From assembly GCF_001194135.2 (NCBI RefSeq), contig NC_068981.1, positions 5,664,285 through 5,698,728 on the forward strand: a DNA stretch of 34,444 nucleotides, given 5' to 3'. Under the pieces are notes generated by a model. That model did no database searches. It worked only from the letters and a program-made list of their open reading frames with translations, and had not been told where the DNA came from. This document shows, one piece after another, positions 23,776-34,444 of this stretch. This DNA is from Octopus bimaculoides. Taxonomy: Eukaryota. The number at the start of each line of letters is the position of its first letter. The stretch's first letter is position 1. The position numbers and the translations under genes were made by a program.

Positions 23776-23817
23776 CACATTCTCAGTTTTATATATATAT
23801 ATATATATTTATATATT

Positions 23818-23981
23818 GCTGAGTGGTTGGTGTTGGGAAGGGCATCCAGCTGTGAAAATCCTGCCAAAACAGACACAGAAGTCTGGTGCAGGCTTCTGCC
23901 TGGTCGACTCTTGTGAAACTGTCCCACCCATGCCAGCATGGAAGGCGGATGTTAAACAATAATGATGATGATGATGATGAT
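23818..23981 (+). mobile_element. Variant RTE 3' tip with (GAT)n tail
   Basis: GAGTGGTTGG...GGAAGGGCATCCAGCTG...CCCATGCCAGCATGGAAGGCGGATGTTAAAC followed by (GAT)n. Confidence 0.8.
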
Positions 23982-24085
23982 ATACATATTAATTGGCAGA
24001 ACAGAAGTTACAGACTGACTCTATTAAGAGATTTGTGCATCGATGCTTATGAACCTGCACAATGCACTACCAATGCACAAACCTC

Positions 24086-24305
24086 CTAGCCCTTCCTAAC
24101 GCCAACCACTCTGAGAGTGTAGTGGGTGCTTTTACGTGCCACTAGCATGAGAGCCAGTCCGGCAGCACCGGCAACAACAATGCTCAAATGTTGTTTTTCA
24201 TGTGCCACCAGCACATGTGCCAGGAAAGCGACTCTGGCAATGATCATGCTCAAATGGCGCTTTTTATGTGCCACCGGCATGGGAGCCAGTCAGTAGCCCT
24301 GGCAA
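24086..24305 (-). mobile_element. RTE LINE 3' UTR fragment
   Basis: Reverse complement of the hairpin-unit array and ACTCTCAGAGTGGTTGGCGTTAGGAAGGGC. Confidence 0.8.
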
Positions 24306-24309
24306 TGTC

Positions 24310-24460
24310 CCTCCACCATCACTTGACAACTGATGTTGGTATGTTTACATCCCCGTAAGAATAAGTACTAGGCTTACAAAGAATAAGTCCTAGGGTCGAT
24401 TTTTTTCGACTAAAAGGCAGTGCTCCAGCATGGCCGCAGTCAAATAAAAGAATAAAAGAA
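24310..24460 (+). mobile_element. Family-A SINE 3' half
   Basis: CACTTGACAACTGATGTTGG...GGCAGTGCTCCAGCATGGCCGCAGTC. Confidence 0.75.
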
Positions 24461-24721
24461 TGAATGTTTTTATGTCACTTTAAAATTGTAGAACAGCAGT
24501 GAGAAGCACAAAAATTATCAGAAGCAATCAAACGATGGCTTGTGAGGCCAAAACGTAACAGCTGTCATCAGGCTGAAACTCAAACAAGGGAGTATAATGT
24601 TTCTCGTTTCATATATTTATAGATTTTTATATTTTTCTTTGGTTTTTTTATTGAAAAAGCAATAAAGAATGATTTGATCAAAAATTGTTTACATTTTTCC
24701 GCTGTTTGGTTTTTGTTTTAG

Positions 24722-24923
24722 GCTGGCGAAACCACCGTCTCGAAGATGGCCTTTTTTGACATTGAAATTGGTGGCAAAGAAGCCGGCCGAATTGAGTTCG
24801 GTCTTTTTATGGAAACAACTCCTAAAACTGCAGAAAATTTCTATCAATTGGCAACTGGAGAAAATGGTTATGGTTACAAAGGCTCCAAATTTCATCGAGT
24901 TATTAAAGATTTTATGATCCAAG
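24722..24923 (+). CDS. PPIB: PPIB-like exon 2
   Basis: Acceptor TTTTTGTTTTAG|GCT. Encodes [19 protein letters not shown]...TPKTAENF...[17 protein letters not shown] (cyclophilin signature). Donor CAAG|GTTGGT. Confidence 0.96.
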
Positions 24924-25799
24924 GTTGGTCATCATATTTGATTTTTTTTATGATTATTTATATTCGGTTTTTTTTTATGGTCCAAGGCCAGCCATCATCA
25001 TCACCATCATCATCATCATCATCACTGCTGTCGTCATCATTGTTATCATGACTTAATGTCTGTCTTCCACGCTGACATTAAAGGTTGGATGGTTTGATGG
25101 GCTCCAACAAACAAGGGAACTGCATTGAGCCCCAGTGACTTCTGGTTTCCACAGCTGGACTCCCTTGGTTTAAGGCCAACCACTTCACACACTGCTCTCG
25201 GTACTTTTTCTCGTGACACCGGCACTAGTGAGGTTACTGTGTGACTTNNNNNNNNNNNNNNNNNNNNNNNNNNNNNNNNNNNNNNNNNNNNNNNNNNNNN
25301 NNNNNNNNNNNNNNNNNNNNNNNNNNNNNNNNNNNNNNNNNNNNNNNNNNNNNNNNNNNNNNNNNNNNNNNNNNNNNNNNNNNNNNNNGGCTTTTTGGCA
25401 GATGTTGAGAGGCTGAATTACAATTGGGGGACAAGCAAAGGTGCCTTGTTGTAGAGAAGATACATGGGTTGCCATGCGTAGGTGGGAGCAATTGACAGGA
25501 AAATAAGGATGACGGTGTAAGGTGTCAGAGCCTATTAGAAGGTGAGTAGAAAGGAGAGGATGGATAAAGAATTGGGAAGGGTGAGGGAATAAGTTCATAA
25601 GAGAGTGAGAGGAGAGTGACAGATGGTTAGAGATAGGGGTAGGAGTGAATGTAGTGAATGATGAACAAGGGTGGAGGAGTGATCAATGGTAAATATCAGT
25701 AAGGGGGAGGGGAAGAAATAGAAGTGGTTTGGGGAGGAGGAAGAGGAGGTGATAAGTGGCAGAAGAGGAAAGGAGGAGAGTGTAATAAACTGGTTGACA

Positions 25800-26125
25800 G
25801 ATCATCATCATCATTGTTTAATGTCCGCCTTCCATGCTAGCATGGGTTGGACGATTTGACTGAGGGCTGGTGTACCAGATGGCTACACAAGACTCCAATC
25901 TGATCTGGCAGAGTTTCTACAGCTGGATGCCCTTCCTAATGCCAACCACTCTGAGAGTGTAGTGGGTGCTTTTACGTGCCACCAGCACGAGGGCCAGTCA
26001 GGCGGTACTGGTAACAGCCATGCTCAAAATGGTGTTTTTTACATGCCACCTGCACGGGAGCCAGTCCAGCAGCACTGGCAACGATCTCGCTCGAATGTCC
26101 TTACACGTGCCACCAGCACAAGTGC
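25800..26125 (-). mobile_element. RTE LINE 3' end copy in PPIB intron 2
   Basis: (CAT)n followed by the reverse complement of the 8190-8430 segment. Confidence 0.85.
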
Positions 26126-26448
26126 CAGGAAAAACAAATTGAGGGAGATTATATGAACTAGGACAGCTACAAGACCCACCCCCCTGCCTCACCCTACACA
26201 TAACCCTTGGAAACATACAGACTCTAACACCTCGTTTATTTCCAAGATTTCCTAGTTTTCATTTTCATCATTACCATTACAACCATCATCATCATTGTCG
26301 TCATCAGCATCATCGTCATCATCATCATCAACGTCATCACTTTATCCTGTTTTGTTTCCTTGTTGGTGTGGGTTAGCTAGGTCTGTAAATAATACATCTT
26401 ACTGCTCATCTCTCAATGCAAGTATAATTGTTTCTTCTTTATCCTCAG

Positions 26449-26568
26449 GTGGTGATTTCACTGATTTTGATGGTCGTGGTGGAAAGAGTATTTATGGTGA
26501 CAAGTTCGACGATGAAAACTTTACACTTAACCACACAGGACCTGGATGGCTCAGTATGGCAAATGCAG
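26449..26568 (+). CDS. PPIB: PPIB-like exon 3
   Basis: Acceptor TTCTTTATCCTCAG|GT. Encodes [40 protein letters not shown]. Donor GCAG|GTAAAA. Confidence 0.96.
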
Positions 26569-26654
26569 GTAAAAGTCAAAATTGAATGTGTCTAGAACCA
26601 TACCGCCCGTCCTAACCTGGATGGTATGGTACCACGTATGCCAATAAGGATAGT

Positions 26655-26900
26655 ATGGTTGTTAAAACATACCCTTCATGTTAGCGTGTAGTAAGGCTGT
26701 TTAAACACACCCTTCATGTTAACATGTGGTGAGACTGTTTAAACATGCTCATCATATTAACATGTGGTAAGACTGTTTAAACATACCCCTTGTAAGGAAA
26801 TGAGTGGTAGCGTTGTTAAAAACATTCACCTCATGTTGAAATGAGGGGTAAGGTTGTAGAAACATGATACCCATGCTAATCTGGGTGGTATGTTGCTGTT
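26655..26900 (+). repeat. Degenerate ~38-bp minisatellite (about 6 units) in PPIB intron 3
   Basis: Units such as TGTTTAAACACACCCTTCATGTTAACATGTGGTGAGAC, diverging toward the 3' end. Confidence 0.75.
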
Positions 26901-27198
26901 ATTGTTAAAATTTGAAATTTATAGATGATACAGTTGACTTGACAGCAAGCTCTCTTTCTCTTACCGATTTACTGCATGTGAAATAATCGGCACAACAAAT
27001 TAAAGTTTAGAAGCTGTGAACTAAATTCAGACTGTAGAAAATTCTAGTTTTTCTCAATATTTTGAATAAGTGAAAAAGACCTCCATCTGTCACCAACATC
27101 AAGCAAACACCTTTTTATGAGAACTTCAGTTTTTTGTTGACACGCTAATCCTTATGACAGATCTTTTATCTTCTGGGCAAGAAATTTTCAATTCATAC

Positions 27199-27200
27199 AT

Positions 27201-27277
<77 letters not shown>

Positions 27278-27945
27278 TTAATGTCCACTTTCCATGCTGG
27301 CATGGGCTGGACGGTTTGACTGAGGACCGGCAAGCCGGGGAGTGGGGGTGCACCAAATTCTGATCTGATTTTGCAAGGTTTCAACAGCTGGATGCCTTTC
27401 CTAACACCAACCACTTTGTGAGTGTGGTGGGTGCTTTTTACATGGGGGCCAGTCAGGTTGGCACTGTTAGTGACCACACTCGAGTGGTGCTTTTTTACAT
27501 GCCACCAGCTTGAGGGCCAGTCAGGAGCACTGGAGCACTGCCTTTACTCGAACAAATCGACCCAGGACTTATTCTTTGCAAGCCTAGTACTTATTCTATT
27601 GGTCTCTTTTTGCTGAACCGCTTAGTTATGGGTACATTAACACACTAACATCAGTTGTCAAGCAATGGTGGGGGGACAAACACAGACACACAAACATACA
27701 AATATACATACAAATATACATACACACACACTCACACACACACACACACACACACATACACACACAAACACACACACACACACACACACACATGACAGGC
27801 TACTTTCAGTTTTTGTCTACCAAATTCACTCACAAGGCTTTGGTTGGCCCGAGACTATAGTAGAAAAGACTTGCCCAAGGTATCACACAGTGGGACACTT
27901 GCCCAAGGTGCCATGCAGTGAGACACTTGCCCAAGGTGCCACTTG
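27199..27945 (-). mobile_element. Family-A SINE body joined to RTE 3' UTR and (GAT)n tail (apparent chimera) in PPIB intron 3
   Basis: On the minus strand the SINE body (27945-27535) runs into the LINE hairpin array and tail (27535-27199). The head shows three tandem copies of about 28 bp (ACACTTGCCCAAGGT...) at 27868-27940. Confidence 0.7.
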
Positions 27946-28029
27946 TAAATATTGTTTCCCCCCCCCTTTATGACCAAAAGTGTGCAAAATGTAAAGTCTG
28001 ATGTAACTTCTCTTTCTCATTAACTTTAG

Positions 28030-28262
28030 GCATCGATACAAATGGATCACAGTTCTTTATTACAACAATAATCACCAGCTGGTTGGATGGACGCCACACT
28101 GTCTTTGGCAAGGTGATCAAAGGCATGGATGTTGTTCGCAAAATCGAGTCCACAGAAACAGATGAAAGGGACAGACCTCTGCAAGATGTTGTTATTGTTG
28201 CATGTGGCAGTGTGCCGATGAGTTCTCCGTTTGATGTCAGCAAAGACGGAATAACTGACTGA
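28030..28262 (+). CDS. PPIB: PPIB-like exon 4 (terminal)
   Basis: Acceptor CTTTAG|GC. Encodes [39 protein letters not shown]...CG...[11 protein letters not shown]. Stop TGA at 28260-28262. Confidence 0.96.
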
Positions 28263-28312
28263 CTACTCACTCATGTTTACCTTTTTTGAGTTTTCAAATT
28301 AGATTTATTTAA

Positions 28313-28318
28313 AATAAA
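28313..28318 (+). terminator. Candidate polyadenylation signal AATAAA
   Basis: First AATAAA, about 50 nt after the stop codon in an AT-rich 3' UTR. Confidence 0.4.
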
Positions 28319-29095
28319 ATTTTGTAAAATATATTCAAATGAATATAAAAAAAAAAATTAATACATACATATAAAAACAAAAAGAGTTTTCTATTTGCAA
28401 AAATGCTTTTAATTTTGAAAATTTCATTAACTTTTATTGATATTTTATAAAAATATTACAAAAAAATAATTAATTTTATTAATTTTATTGTTTATGAATA
28501 TTGAATATGTGTTAAAATGAAATTTAGTTTAAATTAATTTTATGGACATATCTAGACTTTTCCCATTTGGCTAATGATTTTTTTATGAATTATGTTTTTT
28601 TTTAAATTTTTAATGAAAATCTAATATTTTGAATATAAAATATATTTTTTCTATTTACCAATTTATCGTGTTATACTGACAAAATATTACCTACAAAAGT
28701 TGTGGAAGCAATTATACCAGATCAAATTGGTCTTCATTTAGTCCTATAGAACCTGGACCATAATCTTTCGAAGTGAAATGTTTGCTCATCAGAGATGCTA
28801 TTTCACTCAGATAATCCTTTCACTGCATTTCTTGATCCCACCTGTACCATACACTCCTCCAACTGATTAACTATAAATAGAATGTTCATTACAATGTCTC
28901 TGCCAAATTTGAGCAAGAAAACTCAAATCTGCATTTATTAAAGATCTTAAAATATTCATTTACGAAAGAAATGTTATATATATGTGCTAGCAGCAACATA
29001 TTGGGAATGTAAATCAGAAAAGTACAAATTTCACATATAATTCATAATTTACTCTACAAAGTAAAAACATAATCATATGTATAATTACATAATTA

Positions 29096-29632
29096 TTAGG
29101 TTGTCCGGAAAGTTCTGAGCATTTTTTAATATGCAAAAGAAAGGGTATACTTCATAAACTGTACTTTTAGAAACTTCCAACCCCTTTGCAAATTCTCTGG
29201 TCATGATATTTGAATGTTCTTCGATTTTTGCCTTCAAAGTATCTTTACCTTATTTTGAAGGTCATCTTCCAAGCTAAACTCTCCAGCTTAAATTTTGCAA
29301 ACCCCCTTCAAACAGTTGATTCACCAACAGCATCATCATCACCATAAACTTCGCAAATGTTTTTGCAAGTCTTTGCAGCATTTTCTCCTTTTTTTTTTTT
29401 AAGAATGAAAAGCATTACAACGGGAATATTAAATTGTTGGTTATCCATTTCAAATGTGTCAATAAAGGGTAACCAGAAAGAAAGATAAATCTGTTTTTAG
29501 TAGGAAACAAAGAAGAGATGCTCTACCTCTTCAATCAATGCCAAAGTTTTAACTGTATCACATTTCATGTGTGTTCAATGAAGCATTAAAAGATTTAGCT
29601 TAAAAATGCACAGAACTTTCCGGACAGCCTAA
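29096..29632 (-). mobile_element. Internally deleted mariner transposon
   Basis: TIRs TTAGGTTGTCCGGAAAGTTCTG and CAGAACTTTCCGGACAGCCTAA, TA on the left. A frameshifted minus-strand transposase N-terminus starts at 29448 (MDNQQF...GENAAKT...EVYGDDDAVGESTV...GEFSLEDD). Confidence 0.82.
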
Positions 29633-30299
29633 TGACATACATAATTAGTTTAAAAGATATTTTAAAAGATTTTTCATTTTTCTCCTGAATGAATGGGTAA
29701 CCCATAACTTTTAACTTAATTATTTATGTTAATCATCATATATATATATAAATGATAATGTTCGACTCTCTCGAAACAGCTGTAGAGAATATCAAAATTA
29801 TGAATTATATGTATGTATAAAATTTATTTTATTTGCATTTTATTCTAAATACATTACATTTGACTATCATTTTAGCCAATTATGTACATACATGTCCGTT
29901 TGTTCCACATGCATTTAATAATGAGTTACATTATGAAGTGTTGGAGTTTAAAAATGTGTTATTGAGTTCTGAAATACCAGGGGTATATTTTATGATATTT
30001 ATACATCAATTCATTTTATATATATGTATTTATGTATCATGAAATTATGTAGTTTGTCATTTGTCACAAGATTACAATATATTAATGAACATTAATTTGT
30101 ATGTAATTTATGCAAGTTTCTGTTAATTTCATTATCAGTTTGTTTAATTTTCTGCTGGACCAATTATTTAATTGGACATCTCATAAACATTTGTAATTAA
30201 ATTTATTTGTTTTTGTTGAATTTTTTTAATATTTTGTTTGTCATTGATAGCAACAGATATGTTCCTATAAATAACACACACACACACACATACTCTTTA

Positions 30300-30497
30300 C
30301 TCTTTACTCTTTTATTCTTCTACTTGTTTCAGTCATTTGACTGTGGCCATGCTGGAGCACCACCTTTAGTCGAAGAAATTGACCCCAGGACTTATTCGTT
30401 GTAAGCCTAGTACTTATTCTATCGGTGTCTTTGGCCGAACCACTAAGTTACGGGGATGGAAACACAACAGCATTGATTGTCAAACACAGACACACAA

Positions 30498-30500
<3 letters not shown>
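30300..30500 (-). mobile_element. Family-A SINE 3' half
   Basis: TTCAGTCATTTGACTGTGGCCATGCTGGAGCACC...GACCCCAGGACTTATTC. Confidence 0.8.
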
Positions 30501-30535
<35 letters not shown>

Positions 30536-31362
30536 ACATATATATATATATACATATATATACNNNNNNNNNNNNNNNNNNNNNNNNNNNNNNNNNNNNN
30601 NNNNNNNNNNNNNNNNNNNNNNNNNNNNNNNNNNNNNNNNNNNNNNNNNNNNNNNNNNNNNNNNNNNNNNNNNNNNNNNNNNNNNNNNNNNNNNNNNNNN
30701 NNNNNNNNNNNNNNNNNNNNNNNNNNNNNNNNNNNNNNNNNNNNNNNNNNNNNNNNNNNNNNNNNNNNNNNNNNNNNNNNNNNNNNNNNNNNNNNNNNNN
30801 NNNNNNNNNNNNNNNNNNNNNNNNNNNNNNNNNNNNNNNNNNNNNNNNNNNNNNNNNNNNNNNNNNNNNNNNNNNNNNNNNNNNNNNNNNNNNNNNNNNN
30901 NNNNNNNNNNNNNNNNNNNNNNNNNNNNNNNNNNNNNNNNNNNNNNNNNNNNNNNNNNNNNNNNNNNNNNNNNNNNNNNNNNNNNNNNNNNNNNNNNNNN
31001 NNNNNNNNNNNNNNNNNNNNNNNNNNNNNNNNNNNNNNNNNNNNNNNNNNNNNNNNNNNNNNNNNNNNNNNNNNNNNNNNNNNNNNNNNNNNNNNNNNNN
31101 NNNNNNNNNNNNNNNNNNNNNNNNNNNNNNNNNNNNNNNNNNNNNNNNNNNNNNNNNNNNNNNNNNNNNNNNNNNNNNNNNNNNNNNNNNNNNNNNNNNN
31201 NNNNNNNNNNNNNNNNNNNNNNNNNNNNNNNNNNNNNNNNNNNNNNNNNNNNNNNNNNNNNNNNNNNNNNNNNNNNNNNNNNNNNNNNNNNNNNNNNNNN
31301 NNNNNNNNNNNNNNNNNNNNNNNNNNNNNNNNNNNNNNNNNNNNNNNNNNNNNNNNNNNNNN

Positions 31363-31600
31363 CGGGTGGCACATAAAAGACACCATTTCGAGCGTGGCCG
31401 TTTTCGTGCGGGTGACACGTAAAAGCACCCACTACACTCTCTGAGTGGTTGGCGTTAGGAAGGGCATCCAGCTGTAGAAACTCTGCCAAATCAGACTGGA
31501 GCCTGGTGTTGCCATCCGGTTTCACCAGTCCTCAGTCAAATCGTCCAACCCATGCTAGCATGGAAAGCGGACGTTAAACGATGATGATGATGATGATGAT
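31363..31600 (+). mobile_element. RTE LINE 3' end copy
   Basis: Same 3' UTR and GGACGTTAAACGATGATGAT tail. The 5' part is lost in a gap. Confidence 0.85.
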
Positions 31601-31601
31601 A

Positions 31602-32275
31602 TAGGGTGTGATGGGTAAATTGTAGCCATTTTATATTTTTAATTTCACACATGTGCATTATTTGTTTTTGATTTTGTTAACTACACAGTATCGTAGGGTC
31701 AGTTGGTCACCATTTGTGAGAAAAACAGCTCCATGATGCAATTCACCCTGCCAGAAATTTGGAAACGACATGCTGTACTGCTTGGCATTTGCACTGGAAG
31801 CTCCAATACGAGCATTTCAGAGTGTTTTGGGTGTCAATGTGAGGACAGTGCAGAGGATTCGGCAAGAGTTGGATGTGTCTAATGGGATTACGAAGGTACG
31901 GCAGCTCAGAAAACTCACTCTGAGCATTCTGATAAGAAAAGAACTCCTGAATTTGTTGGTGAGATCCAGGCCATGATTGATGATGATCCCTCCAAGTCAA
32001 TCGGGTCCATCACCAGGGATATGGGAGTGTCTGAGTTTCTTATCAGGCAGGTAGTGCGTAAAGACATTCAGTATTCCTCATACAAGATGAGAAAGGGCCA
32101 ATTTTTATCTCAAGCCATCAAAGACAAGAGGAAAGACTGTGCTACAGAGCTTTTGAACAAACTAAAGTGTCCCCACTAGACGAACATGCTTTGGTTTTTC
32201 TCCAACGAAAAAAATTTCCACCAGGATCAGATGGTAAACACACAGAACAATCGTTGGCTTGCCGTGTCCCCAAAG
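31602..32275 (+). pseudogene. Truncated Tc1/mariner-superfamily transposase (maT/DD37D-like)
   Basis: Starts TA|TAGGGTG. Frameshifted ORF from 31733: ...VNVRTVQRIR...IDDDPSKSIGSITRDMGVSEFLIRQVVRKDIQYSSYKMRKGQFLSQ...WFFSNEKNF...VNTQNNRWLA. The first catalytic D reads N, there is an in-frame stop, and the 3' end is cut by a SINE fragment. Confidence 0.78.
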
Positions 32276-32495
32276 CCTCCGGTCGACCAAGGACTTGTGA
32301 ACAGATTTGGTAGATGGAAACTGAAAGAAGCCCATCGTGTATATGTATGTGTGTGTATTTGTGGCCAGTCTGGGGGTACTGGCAACAGCTACGCTCAAAT
32401 GGTGTTTTTACGTGCTACCTGCAGTCAGTCCAGTGGCCCTGGCAACAACCCCGCTCGAATGTTTATTATTATTATTATTATTGCATCGTAATGCA

Positions 32496-32715
32496 TTGAG
32501 CTGGCAGAATCGTTAGCATGCCGGACAAATTGCTTAATGGCATTTCTTCTGACACTACATTCTGGGTTCGAATTCTTCCTAAGGCTGATTTTTGCCTTTC
32601 ATCCTTTTGGGGCTCATAAAATAAAGTACTAATCCAATATTGGGGTTGATGCAATCAACTGACCTCCTCCTCTTAAAATTCCTGGCCTTGTTCCAAAATT
32701 TGAAGCCATTATTAT
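32496..32715 (+). mobile_element. Family-D SINE copy
   Basis: GAGCTGGCAGAATCGTTAGC...GGGTTCGAATTC...TTTGCCTTTCATCC. Confidence 0.75.
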
Positions 32716-32794
32716 TATTATTATTATTATTATTGCACCATATCCTCTTTGTATAAACTGTGACGTATTTCCACACTCTATACATTGGGCCTCA

Positions 32795-33270
32795 CCGAGG
32801 TGATGACTACTGACCGAGACCTTTGGAAATGTGCTGTGCGTGAGAAGACCCAGCAAGCCAAGTAAGATCATTGCCAGTGCCCCTGGACTGGCTCTTGTGC
32901 GGGTGGCACATAAGATGCACCATTTTGAGCATGGCCGTTGCCAGTACCGCCTGACTGGCTTCCGTAGGATTTTTCGAGCGAGATCGTTGCCAGTGCCCCT
33001 GGACTGGCTTGTGCGAGTGGCACATAAAAGACACCATTTCGAGCGTGGCCGTTGCCAGTATCGCCTGACTGGCCTTCGTGCAGGTGACACGTAAAAGCAC
33101 CTACTACACTCTCTGAGTGGTTGGCGTTAGGAAGGGCATCCAGCTGTAGAAACTCTGCCAAATTTAGATTGGAGCCTGGTGTTGCCATCCGGTTTCACCA
33201 GTCCTCAGTCAAATCGATCGTCCAACCCATGCTAGCATAAAAAGCGGACGTTAAACGATGATGATGATGC
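32795..33270 (+). mobile_element. RTE LINE 3' copy including the end of ORF2
   Basis: GACCGAGACCTTTGGAAATGTGCTGTGCGTGAGAAGACCCAGCAAGCCAAGTAA matches 7805-7857, followed by the hairpin array and a (GAT)n tail. Confidence 0.85.
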
Positions 33271-34038
33271 TGTTGTCTGTTCTTTGAAATTGTCCTTAGT
33301 TGTTTTGGTAACAAACCACCTTAATATGTTGGTTCCCTCATATCCTGCTGCTGGCTTGTGGTGCTCTGTTAACAAGTCCTGCTCAACCCACCAGCAGGTC
33401 GTATCTTAATTTCTTTCCTATGGGCTTTTTGAGAGATGGTTTTAGAGATTTTGCATATTTTTTTCCATTTTTCTTCTGATTTCACCATGTAATGAAGTAA
33501 CATAAAAGATTGAGTATTGAGAAAATTTTATTTGCCATTGAAACAAAAAGAGTTCTTTTTGAAAAAAATGGTAGATTTCCCAATAGAAACAGAAAGGAAT
33601 GAAAAATATTCTACTTGTCATGGAAACCAAAATAGTTCTTTTTGAAAAGATTTCGAGATCTTCCAATAAAAAATGCCCCAAGTTTTTAATTGTCCATGGG
33701 TAGGTCGTGTGGTATCTAGGATGTGATATGAACAAGGGTACCACATGACCCTCCGGTGGGATGTGGGTATCTAACACTACCTGTGTTATCCTTGCCTTAC
33801 ATATGGTATAATGTAAAAAATTATGCTGCTCATATCAAAATTATGTATTGGGACCCTGGGATAAAACATAAAATGAGGCTCAGGGGCCAAAGTGTTAAAC
33901 TACCACTGGTTCTATGATAGAAAGTTCCTGCTCTTAATTAAATCCTTTCATCAAAATTTTATATTAATTTATGTTCCAAACACCAGATTCATAACAACCA
34001 AAATATGCCACTAAAGCCTTCAATATTTCCAGACTTAA

Positions 34039-34269
34039 GGCGGTGAGCCTGCAGAAACGTTAGCACGATGGGTGAAATGCTTAATGGTATTTTGTCTGCC
34101 GTTATGTTCTGAGTTCAAATTCCGCCAAGGTCGACTTTGCCTTTCATCCTTTCGAGGCCAATTAAATAAATACCAGTTATGCACTGGGGTCGATGTAATC
34201 AACTTAATCCCTTCGTCTGTTCTTGTTTGTCCCCTCTGTGTTTAGCCTCCTGTGGGCAATAAAGACATA
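34039..34269 (+). mobile_element. tRNA-derived SINE (family D) with 17-bp target-site duplication
   Basis: Flanks are AATATTTCCAGACTTAA (34022-34038) and AATATTTCCAAACTTAA (34270-34286). B-box GAGTTCAAATTC. Central GACTTTGCCTTTCATCC motif. Confidence 0.85.
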
Positions 34270-34444
34270 AATATTTCCAAACTTAATTGAAACAACCACA
34301 GTGTATTTTACCAGAAATATAGTAACAAAAGCTTTTAAATTATCTAAATTTAAACTTTCCATCAAGACTTCATTTCAATTTTTGTTCCAAACATCATACT
34401 AATAATAACAAAATCATTTTACTAAATTCATTATTTTCAAAATC

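Larger units (their letters stand above)
11825..28262 (+). other. PPIB: Gene span: signal-peptide cyclophilin-type peptidyl-prolyl cis-trans isomerase (PPIB/cyclophilin B-like), 4 coding exons, 609 nt CDS, 202 aa
   Basis: Exons join in frame through GT-AG introns of phase 0, 1, 1 (54+202+120+233 = 609 nt). Protein: [36 protein letters not shown]...[15 protein letters not shown]...[20 protein letters not shown]...[12 protein letters not shown]...KDGITD*. Orthology to PPIB versus a lineage-specific paralog was not tested. Confidence 0.9.

Noticed and set aside
33442-33777. 111-aa minus ORF near the window end
   Set aside because: TTG start, low-complexity F/I-rich second half, several frames equally open, and no homology recognised.

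Overview
Eukaryotic, AT-rich, microsatellite-laden draft-assembly sequence with 11 N-gaps (about 5.7 kb). The repeat landscape (CORE-type tRNA-SINEs, RTE LINEs with (GAT)n tails, dense CA/GA/TA tracts) resembles an octopus/cephalopod genome; this is an inference. One complete protein-coding gene is well supported: a 4-exon, + strand, signal-peptide cyclophilin (PPIB/cyclophilin-B-like, 202 aa; CDS join 11825-11878, 24722-24923, 26449-26568, 28030-28262) with a 12.8 kb first intron. The rest is mostly mobile DNA: a 5'-truncated RTE-clade LINE and several copies of its 3' end, an RTE-BovB-type fragment, at least three SINE families, mariner and maT/DD37D-like transposon remnants, and MITEs. The most unusual items are: (1) a palindromic MITE with GG ends and a perfect 8-bp TSD whose loop holds telomeric TTAGGG repeats; (2) a second GG-ended, 8-bp-TSD element with a duplicated left end; (3) a tandem hairpin array in the LINE 3' UTR; (4) SINE-LINE tail sharing and a SINE-LINE chimera; (5) weak hints of an antisense transcription unit head-to-head with the cyclophilin. 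There is no evidence of prokaryotic systems, and I cannot claim a new biological system. Most long entries in the ORF track are gap or microsatellite artefacts. Repeat boundaries were read by eye and are approximate unless a TSD or TIR is given.
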